In this document: in pieces, positions 8,578-14,857 of the stretch | How the letters are laid out: each line of letters begins with the position of its first letter | Position numbering within the stretch: the first letter of the stretch is position 1 | Assembly (NCBI GenBank): GCA_964510165.1 | Contig: CAZEBC010000043.1 | Location: 1 to 23,890 of the forward strand | Direction: 5' to 3' | DNA: 23,890 nt | From: an uncultured bacterium | Lineage (GTDB): Bacteria; Abyssobacteria; SURF-5 | Translations under genes and position numbers: made by a program | The notes under the pieces: model-generated | The model's database searches: none | What the model was told of the DNA's origin: nothing | Seen by the model: only the letters and a program-made list of their open reading frames with translations

Positions 8578-8898
8578 TCAGGCGATCACGTCGAGGTAGG
8601 CGCCGCGTTCGGCGATGCCCTTCTGGCCTTTTCGCTGTTGGAGGTCGGCGGTGATGAGGCCGGTGCGTTGTGCGTCAATGGTGGTATCCTCGGCTTGGAG
8701 GCCGCTGACAGCGTTGTCGAGGTCGTTTATGAGAAGCTGGTCATCGCGGGCGCCGCGCCCCGGCGCGGCTTCTTCGGCCAGCCGATCGGCGGCGTTGTTG
8801 GCGCCGGTACGAGGCGTGCGAACAGGGTTCAGCGCCGGATCAAGTTGATTCGGCAGCGCGGTAGTAAACGCAAGCGGATTTAGCGGTCTTTGTCCCAT
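8578..8898 (-). CDS. Small hypothetical protein with C-terminal GxxLDxxA motif
   Basis: 106-aa ORF directly behind a near-consensus promoter, ending ERGAYLDVIA. Confidence 0.65.
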   Translation of the reverse strand: MGQRPLNPLAFTTALPNQLDPALNPVRTPRTGANNAADRLAEEAAPGRGARDDQLLINDLDNAVSGLQAEDTTIDAQRTGLITADLQQRKGQKGIAERGAYLDVIA

Positions 8899-8909
8899 AG
8901 GCTGTAAAA

Positions 8910-8938
8910 ATTATACCATCAAACTGCGGATCGGTCAA
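8910..8938 (-). promoter_or_regulatory. Near-consensus sigma70 promoter, very short leader
   Basis: TTGACC (8938-8933), 17-bp spacer, TGgTATAAT (TATAAT 8915-8910). The ATG is 11 nt downstream. Confidence 0.75.
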
Positions 8939-8944
8939 TACCCC

Positions 8945-8987
8945 AAAGGGGGAAAGCGAAAGGGGGAAGAGGGGAAAAGGGGGAACC
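8945..8987 (+). repeat. Purine-rich 8-9-nt tandem repeat downstream of the four-helix-bundle gene
   Basis: aaagggggaaagcgaaagggggaagaggggaaaagggggaac, inverted relative to the tract at 9391-9434. Confidence 0.75.
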
Positions 8988-9004
8988 GAACATCACTTGT
9001 TCGC

Positions 9005-9391
9005 TTACGGGTTCTTGCTTCGTAAGGATTTCATCTGGTTTGAGAGGAAGCGACTGACTTCCAGTACCGACCGCCTCAGTTCGTCATGGTCTGCCTGCGT
9101 GAGATAGCCCAGTTCCAACGCGACTCGTAGCAGACTTCTTACCTCGCCTGCAGATCCTTTTGCGATGTTGAGGAAATTGAGATATCCCTTTCGAGAATTC
9201 CGCTCGAATCCTTCAGCAATATTCGTTGGCACCGAAATGGCAGCGCGTCGCAATTGGTCGCGCAGCCAGAACTCCCTACTGAGTTTGCCGTCAGTCGTCT
9301 TGGCGTACAATTCCTTAACCAATCGAATCCCCTTTTGCCACACGAGCAAGTCCTCGAAGCTTTCAATCCTTCTTCTCGAATTTTCTTCCAT
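9005..9391 (-). CDS. Four helix bundle protein (23S rRNA IVP / TIGR02436-like)
   Basis: SFEDLLVWQKG, LRDQLRRAAISVPTNIAEGFER, FLNIAKGSAGEVRS, ALELGYL. Confidence 0.93.
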   Translation of the reverse strand: MEENSRRRIESFEDLLVWQKGIRLVKELYAKTTDGKLSREFWLRDQLRRAAISVPTNIAEGFERNSRKGYLNFLNIAKGSAGEVRSLLRVALELGYLTQADHDELRRSVLEVSRFLSNQMKSLRSKNP

Positions 9392-9434
9392 TCTCCCCGT
9401 TTCCCCTTTTGCCCTTTTCCCCTTTTACCTCTTT
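9391..9434 (-). repeat. (AAAAGGGG)n-like tandem repeat upstream of the four-helix-bundle gene
   Basis: Minus strand reads aaagaggt aaaagggg aaaagggc aaaagggg aaacgggg ag(a)ATG. It fills the whole gap between the M24 stop and this start. Confidence 0.8.
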
Positions 9435-10632
9435 ACTTCTCGCACACGCAATCTTGATCAAGGATCGCGGGTTGTATCGGCATGGCCGAGAGAAGCTCGT
9501 TGCCGTTGGGGGTGATGAGCAGGGGGCGTTCGAGGCGGAAGCCGGCGATGCCTGGGCGGTTCGCCACGACTGCGATCATCTGGATGTAGCCGGGCTTGAG
9601 CTCGAACTCGGGCTCGGTGTTGCATTCCGAGGGGAACTCGACGACGCACGGATACCACTCGTGTCCGAAATGGCCGATGCCGTGTCCGTAACCGGGCAGC
9701 ACGATATCGCCCCAGTTGTTCTTCTCGACGAATGCGGTCACCTTCTGGGCGACCTCTCCGAGCGTGACGCCAGGCTGCATCTCATGGACGAGCTTGTGGC
9801 AGGTCTCGACGTATGCTGTCATTACTTCTTTCTGCAGCTTGGAGGGTCGGCCGACGATGGCGTTGTGGGAGACATCGCCGAGCATCAGGCCGTACATCGC
9901 GTGGATGTCGAGCAAGACGGCGTCGCCGCACTGGATGATCTTGTCAGTGGCGGGGGTGCATCCGCCCATCGCATAGGCGGTGCGGTAGCCTGAGGCTATC
10001 TCCATGCCGCCGGTGAAAGTCCAGGCAAACTCACTGCCGGCGTCGCGCGCGGCCTTTTCGGCGATGCCGGCGACCTGTTTTTCGGACATGCCTGCGCGCA
10101 GTTCCCTCAGCACGGCCTCATGCGCACGGTCGCAAATGGCGGTCGCCTGACGCATGAGCTTGATCTCCTCTTCCTCCTTGATGAGGGTGAGTTGATCGAA
10201 CACGTCGGCGGCGTTGACGAATCTGGCCTCGGGTAACCGATGCTGAAGTTCCTCGTACTCGGCGAGAGTGATATAGCCCTCGGGCAGGTATGAGCACGAG
10301 CCGCTCTCGATGCCTATCGTGCCGCGTTCGTGTCCCAGGGCGGCAATCTGATTGACAATCTGCTCCATATAATTCATGCCGGGCATCGGTCCGTATGGCA
10401 GGACCGTGGAAAGCCATGAGTCGTCCTTAACTCGCTCGGCGTCGAGCATGAGCGTGATTAGCCGGGGTTCGGCATCGGCGGGGATCACGACCGCGCTGCG
10501 CCATGGGACGAATGCGCCCGACGTATGAGTGATGGTCTTGAGGCGAGTGCCGACGAGACAATCAATCCTTCGCTGCTTGAGGGTGTCGCGTATCTTCTGA
10601 AGACGTTCCGTATACTTGATGTGAACGAACAT
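9433..10632 (-). CDS. M24 family (Xaa-Pro peptidase/creatinase fold) protein with atypical active site
   Basis: Creatinase-like N-domain, IKEEEEIKLMRQA, LLDIHA...GDVSH, GHGIG...HE, GFRLE..LIT.NG.ELLS. SD GGAGG. Confidence 0.88.
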   Translation of the reverse strand: MFVHIKYTERLQKIRDTLKQRRIDCLVGTRLKTITHTSGAFVPWRSAVVIPADAEPRLITLMLDAERVKDDSWLSTVLPYGPMPGMNYMEQIVNQIAALGHERGTIGIESGSCSYLPEGYITLAEYEELQHRLPEARFVNAADVFDQLTLIKEEEEIKLMRQATAICDRAHEAVLRELRAGMSEKQVAGIAEKAARDAGSEFAWTFTGGMEIASGYRTAYAMGGCTPATDKIIQCGDAVLLDIHAMYGLMLGDVSHNAIVGRPSKLQKEVMTAYVETCHKLVHEMQPGVTLGEVAQKVTAFVEKNNWGDIVLPGYGHGIGHFGHEWYPCVVEFPSECNTEPEFELKPGYIQMIAVVANRPGIAGFRLERPLLITPNGNELLSAMPIQPAILDQDCVCEK

Positions 10633-10740
10633 GGTGTGCCTCCAAAAAAGCCGGGTCTTCTTGCAATTGAATGGGTGTTACGAGACAAGCTCGAAATGCC
10701 GCGAGCGCAGGATTTCGCATGGGGTCGGTAACACATCAGG

Positions 10741-10769
10741 ATTCTATACGGGATGGGGGGCGTTGTCAA
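10741..10769 (-). promoter_or_regulatory. Sigma70 promoter of the M24 gene
   Basis: TTGACA (10769-10764), 17-bp spacer, TAGAAT (10746-10741). Confidence 0.7.
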
Positions 10770-10787
10770 ATCAGTCCTACTGGACAG

Positions 10788-10830
10788 ATTTAATTGGGGA
10801 CACGATGAAGCATCATGTCCCCAATTGAAT
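10788..10830. repeat. 43-nt GGGGACA...TGTCCCC inverted repeat, copy 1
   Basis: atttaattggggacacgatg-aag-catcatgtccccaattgaat: 20-bp arms with 2 mismatches, between divergent promoters. Confidence 0.75.
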
Positions 10831-10865
10831 CAGTCCCCGAATAACCCGAATAACCTTTTTTTCTG

Positions 10866-10894
10866 TTGACCTTGCCGCATGGTTCTGTTATGAT
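10866..10894 (+). promoter_or_regulatory. Sigma70 promoter
   Basis: TTGACC (10866-10871), 17-bp spacer, TGtTATGAT (TATGAT 10889-10894). Confidence 0.7.
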
Positions 10895-10925
10895 GCAACG
10901 GAAGGGGATGCACGGGAGGAAAAGC

Positions 10926-11264
10926 ATGGGCGCCAACCCCAAGATAGATGTTTTGATATTCGAGAAGCTGAACATGGTTCCCTCCTACGTTGACGTTGAG
11001 GTGGTTCTCGAAGACCTGGCTTACATGGACGAGCATGTGAAGACGAATATCCCGACCGAGGAGCGTCTTCGCATCCTTGCCAGCGGGCTTTATCGCCGCC
11101 ACTTTTTTGACACGGGCGATGAATGCCTCGACATGGCCCGCTCGTTCCTGCGGCTGAAGTCGCTGTATCAGCTCGATTCAGTCAGAAGAATGTATAACTT
11201 CATAAACAACTACAAGCTATACATTCTGGAGAAGCAGAATTACAGCCAGCAGAACCTCAGTTAG
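10926..11264 (+). CDS. Hypothetical protein, 112 aa, probably helical and cytoplasmic
   Basis: Promoter plus strong SD GGGAGGA before ATG 10926. No family recognised. Confidence 0.75.
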   Translation: MGANPKIDVLIFEKLNMVPSYVDVEVVLEDLAYMDEHVKTNIPTEERLRILASGLYRRHFFDTGDECLDMARSFLRLKSLYQLDSVRRMYNFINNYKLYILEKQNYSQQNLS

Positions 11265-11421
11265 TCCGACGACAGGCCGGGAATGAATTTGCCCCGTGTG
11301 TCCCATCGCCCGCGCTCACTCCAAACGATGGTGTTTCCAGCCCCATCAAGGTCTGACGCTTTTCATAAACCACCAAGCCACAAAGAGCACCAAGAACTCA
11401 CCAAGAATCGGGAGCGAACGA

Positions 11422-11694
11422 ATGGACATTAAGGCTATGGTTTCCGTCTTCACCGTGGTGTTTCTGGCAGAGTTGGGAGATAAGACTCAACTGGCCATTC
11501 TCGGTTTGGCGGCCGAAAGCAAATCGCTCGTGTCGGTGTTTATAGGAGCTGCGGGCGCCATGGTGATAGCAACCGTGTTGGCGGTCTTATTTGGAGGCGC
11601 GATAGCCCAATACGTCCCCGTGCGAGTCGTCCATGTTGTGGCGGGGCTCGCATTCATCATAATAGGAGTGTTGATGCTGGTTGGAAAGCTCTAA
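11422..11694 (+). CDS. TMEM165/GDT1 (UPF0016) family cation transporter, single-repeat form
   Basis: Signature FLAELGDKTQLA, three TM helices, 90 aa, SD GGGAG. Confidence 0.92.
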   Translation: MDIKAMVSVFTVVFLAELGDKTQLAILGLAAESKSLVSVFIGAAGAMVIATVLAVLFGGAIAQYVPVRVVHVVAGLAFIIIGVLMLVGKL

Positions 11695-11704
11695 AGCATG
11701 ATAC

Positions 11705-11747
11705 CTTTATTCGGGGACACCATGAATGATGGTGTCCCCGAATAAAG
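11705..11747. repeat. 43-nt GGGGACA...TGTCCCC perfect inverted repeat, copy 2; may double as a bidirectional terminator
   Basis: ctttattcggggacaccat-gaatg-atggtgtccccgaataaag: perfect 19-bp arms between convergent stop codons. Confidence 0.8.
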
Positions 11748-11757
11748 AAGCACGCGG

Positions 11758-13407
11758 TCACTTAGCTGGGCTTACGTTCTCTCGCAATCTCTCCAAGTTT
11801 TCATATGCATCGGCGTTCGTCGGATTCAACTCGATTGCACGCTTCCACGCTGCCTCCGCTTCCCCGAATCGCTTCATGCGCGCATACACGGTTCCCAGAA
11901 CGGCCTGGGCGTCGGAGGATGCCGGATTCAGGTCCACTGCGGCTCGCGCTTCTTCGAGGGCGCACTCATGGAGACCCAGCCGAGAGCAGGCAGAGGCCAG
12001 CACGGTCCTCGGCTCGACTACATCCGGAGCAAGCGCCACCGCCTTCTTCGCGAGCGCCATTGACTGCTCCGGCCTGCCCATGTCGAGATACATGACGGCG
12101 ACCTGAGTGTTCGCGCGCGCGCTGTCCGGATATCTCCTGAGAGCGCTTTCCCATAATGTCAGAGGAGTCCTCCACTCGGTATTCCTTTGGACGGTCAATA
12201 GACCAAAAACCAGGAAAACGGCGGCCAGCCCCGCGTGCGCCGCGTTGAGCTTGCCGGCTTCCTGCGCGCGCTTCAGGCCGACGCCCGCCGCCGCTCCCGC
12301 GATGAGCATCATGCCCAGCGCGGAGAGGTACATCCTTTGCTCATTCATCACGAGCTTGAGCGCGACAAGAGTGGACGTTGGAACAAGCGAGAGCGTGAAC
12401 CACCAAATACCGAACGGGACGATTGGCGCAAATCGAACCAGGAATAACGAGCCAATCAACATGACAAATAGCGCGCAGACCGAGCCGAGTGCGGCCGGCT
12501 CGAACAGCGACCGCGCGGCAGGCAACACATGGTCTATGCTGAGCCCCGCCGGAAATACCAGCAACCTCAGGTAAACGAAGAACGCCTTCGCCTGTGTCAG
12601 AAGGTTTTCGGTCGTGTCTCGCGCCTGGGGCGTATCGCCGATAAGGCCAAGCACCTTGACCACGAGAAGGAGAAACGCAAGGGTGACAACCGCGAAAGGA
12701 AGAATTGAAACCGCCGCGTGCCTCAAGAATGGCTTGTCAATCCTGAAACGAGTCCGGCAAACCTCATACAGAGCCAACAACCCTGGGAGGGCGACCGCTT
12801 CCTCTTTCGACAACAAGGCACATGCGTATGCCACGAGCGAACCCGCGAGAAGGCCATGTCGCCTAAAAGCGCTCCCCGCCCGCTCTCTCCTGAGGTACAG
12901 CATGAGCGAAAACAGCGAGAAACCGCCGACGAACAGCGTGGACCGGCCCGAGATGTAGTTCACCGGCTGCGTGTTGATCGGATGCGCTGCGAACAGAAGC
13001 GCGCAGACAAGAGCGGCATCCTTCCGCCGCGAGACCCCAAGGCTCCCCATTATCATGAGCGAACAGGCATAGACGAGCAACGTGTTGATGACATGGATCA
13101 CCACATTGAGAGCATGATACCCAACGGCGTCGTCGCTCCCGAGCAAATAGTTCAACGCGAACGTTGTCATGGTGATCGGCCGATACCCGCTGAGCGAGAC
13201 GGCGCTGATAAGGTCGGCGGAAACGAAGAAGCGCCACGCGTTGGACAGGCTGTGCACGTAATGATTATTCAGAATGAGGAAGGTGTCATCATACTGGAAA
13301 GAATTCCAGAGGGTGTTCACATACAGAAGCCCGGGCAGAAGGACCACCAGAAGTATTCTGATCCCGCCTCGGCCCTCATGGTTGGGGATTGCGCCGCATT
13401 CATCCAT
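11758..13407 (-). CDS. TMTC-like GT-C membrane glycosyltransferase with C-terminal TPRs
   Basis: NSFQYDD first-loop acidic pair, YRP, YHALNVVIH, FAAHP...VNYISGRS, LLSKE, EQRMYL, RNTEWR...LW, then TPRs (AWKRAIELNPTNADAYENL). Confidence 0.85.
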   Translation of the reverse strand: MDECGAIPNHEGRGGIRILLVVLLPGLLYVNTLWNSFQYDDTFLILNNHYVHSLSNAWRFFVSADLISAVSLSGYRPITMTTFALNYLLGSDDAVGYHALNVVIHVINTLLVYACSLMIMGSLGVSRRKDAALVCALLFAAHPINTQPVNYISGRSTLFVGGFSLFSLMLYLRRERAGSAFRRHGLLAGSLVAYACALLSKEEAVALPGLLALYEVCRTRFRIDKPFLRHAAVSILPFAVVTLAFLLLVVKVLGLIGDTPQARDTTENLLTQAKAFFVYLRLLVFPAGLSIDHVLPAARSLFEPAALGSVCALFVMLIGSLFLVRFAPIVPFGIWWFTLSLVPTSTLVALKLVMNEQRMYLSALGMMLIAGAAAGVGLKRAQEAGKLNAAHAGLAAVFLVFGLLTVQRNTEWRTPLTLWESALRRYPDSARANTQVAVMYLDMGRPEQSMALAKKAVALAPDVVEPRTVLASACSRLGLHECALEEARAAVDLNPASSDAQAVLGTVYARMKRFGEAEAAWKRAIELNPTNADAYENLERLRENVSPAK

Positions 13408-13418
13408 CTCGGTTTGGG

Positions 13419-13447
13419 ATTATAACATGAGCGCAAACTCGCGTCAA
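13419..13447 (-). promoter_or_regulatory. Near-consensus sigma70 promoter, very short leader
   Basis: TTGACG (13447-13442), 17-bp spacer, TGtTATAAT (TATAAT 13424-13419). The ATG is 11 nt downstream. Confidence 0.75.
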
Positions 13448-13528
13448 AGAAGCCGCCCATGAGTCGCACGAGCCGCGCGCCAGGAGGGCTGCAACATGGG
13501 TGATGCGCGCCGGCGCATAAACGCGCGC

Positions 13529-13558
13529 TTGACACAAACGCTCGGGACAAGATTTAAT
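13529..13558 (+). promoter_or_regulatory. Possible sigma70 promoter of the RraA-like gene
   Basis: TTGACA (13529-13534), 18-bp spacer, TTTAAT (13553-13558). Confidence 0.5.
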
Positions 13559-13606
13559 AGGGTGTCACAGCATAATGGCCCGTTTCCGAGCGGAAGGGAG
13601 TTCGAC

Positions 13607-14305
13607 ATGTCTTCAATATCGAGGGATTCCGTCCTGGAGTTGTGCGGTCGTTTGGAGAAACTGTATACCCCGGCAGTCTCTGATGTGCTGGATGACATGG
13701 GATATCGGAATTGCGCTATGGCGGCGGGATTCGCACCGATCATTCCCGACACGGTGGTCGCCGGCCCGGCCTTCACGATGGCAGAGGATAAAGCTGAAGA
13801 GGTGGTATTACTGAAGGACATGGACCCTTCGTTCCTGGTCGGTCTCCTCGACGCCTTCTGCGGCGCGCTTGAGCCGGGGCAGGTGATCGCGGTGGATACC
13901 AATGGATTCTGGGGCGCCGGCGCATACGGGGAACTCATGGCGACTACCACCAAGTATTATGGAGGGGCACGCGGAGCGGTCGTCGACGGTCCCATTCGCG
14001 ATATCCCCCGCATCAAGGAAATCGGTTTCCCGGTTTGGGCCAAGGCCAGCATTCCGACCGACTCGATTGGCCGCGCCAAGCTGGTGGCAATCAACGAGCC
14101 TATCACGTGCGGCGGCGTCGCCGTGTATCCGGATGATATCATCATGGCAGACACCGACGGGGTGCTCGTCATCCCGAAATCCGTGAACCTGGCTGAAGTG
14201 GTCGAACACGCGGAACAGGTAGTCCTGGCCGAGCGTCGCTCGCGCGAGGAACTGCGAAAGGGCAAGACGCTCCGCGAAGTGTATGAGAAATACGGGAGAC
14301 TGTAA
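13607..14305 (+). CDS. RraA family / HMG-CHA aldolase-like protein
   Basis: AVSDVLD, VAGPAFT, GELMA, AVVDGPIRD, VYPDDIIMADTDGVLVIP. SD AAGGGAG before ATG 13607. Confidence 0.9.
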   Translation: MSSISRDSVLELCGRLEKLYTPAVSDVLDDMGYRNCAMAAGFAPIIPDTVVAGPAFTMAEDKAEEVVLLKDMDPSFLVGLLDAFCGALEPGQVIAVDTNGFWGAGAYGELMATTTKYYGGARGAVVDGPIRDIPRIKEIGFPVWAKASIPTDSIGRAKLVAINEPITCGGVAVYPDDIIMADTDGVLVIPKSVNLAEVVEHAEQVVLAERRSREELRKGKTLREVYEKYGRL

Positions 14306-14320
14306 GGCGGGTGTACGCTG

Positions 14321-14350
14321 TTGAATTCTCTCGTTGAAACGTGCTAGAAT
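14321..14350 (+). promoter_or_regulatory. Possible sigma70 promoter of the CBS/GT-C pair
   Basis: TTGAAT, 18-bp spacer, TGcTAGAAT. Confidence 0.45.
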
Positions 14351-14404
14351 CCCTTCAGTATAAGTAGGGCTTTCAAGAAGTAAGTACCCGGGGAGGAAAG
14401 TGAC

Positions 14405-14836
14405 GTGCTTGACAGAATGCGCAAGACGCTTGTCCGCGACTTGATGAACCCCGAAGTGAAGTTCATCAGGGAAGACCTTTCCCTGCTCGATGCTGTCAGA
14501 AAGATGAAGGAATTCGGGGTCTCCAGCCTATTGGTGGACAGTTCAAATAAGGGAGACGGATACGGCATCGTGACGCGGAAAGACCTCATCAACAAGCTGA
14601 TTGATCCCGAGCCGGGCGTGCGTCACGCGTTGGTTGCGGACGTGATGACTATACCGGCCATTATGGTTCCTCCAACGATGACCGTGCTGGCATGCGTCAG
14701 GCTCATGAAACGCTGTAATATTCGACGTGTCCCCGTGTACGATGGCAAACAAGTGGTCGGCATCCTCAGCAACAGCGATATTTTCAAGAAATTCTATCCC
14801 GGACCGTCAGTTGAAGGACTGCCTGGAAATCGCTAG
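14405..14836 (+). CDS. Stand-alone tandem CBS domain protein
   Basis: VRDLM...GIVTRKDL and VADVMT...IRRVPV...VVGILSNSDI. SD GGGGAGG. Confidence 0.92.
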   Translation: MLDRMRKTLVRDLMNPEVKFIREDLSLLDAVRKMKEFGVSSLLVDSSNKGDGYGIVTRKDLINKLIDPEPGVRHALVADVMTIPAIMVPPTMTVLACVRLMKRCNIRRVPVYDGKQVVGILSNSDIFKKFYPGPSVEGLPGNR

Positions 14837-14857
14837 CTCTGGCTTCGGTCTGGCGCC

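Noticed and set aside
9005..9391. Diversity-generating retroelement (Avd-like gene)
   Set aside because: No reverse transcriptase and no TR/VR pair in the window. The sequence fits the IVP/four-helix family.
8945..9434. 23S rRNA intervening sequence
   Set aside because: The flanks are protein-coding genes and no rRNA sequence is present.
11265..11421. yybP-ykoY (Mn) or fluoride riboswitch upstream of the GDT1 gene
   Set aside because: No GGGGAGUA...GAGACC core. GATGGTGTT...TGACGC faintly resembles the crcB motif, but the P1 stem and linker do not form. An Rfam cmscan would settle it.
13496..13606. Longer N-termini given by the ORF track (also 3698, 3901, 6063, 10866, 11296)
   Set aside because: These upstream starts fall in or before promoter boxes or repeats. 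The downstream ATGs have SD sequences or fit the family lengths better.
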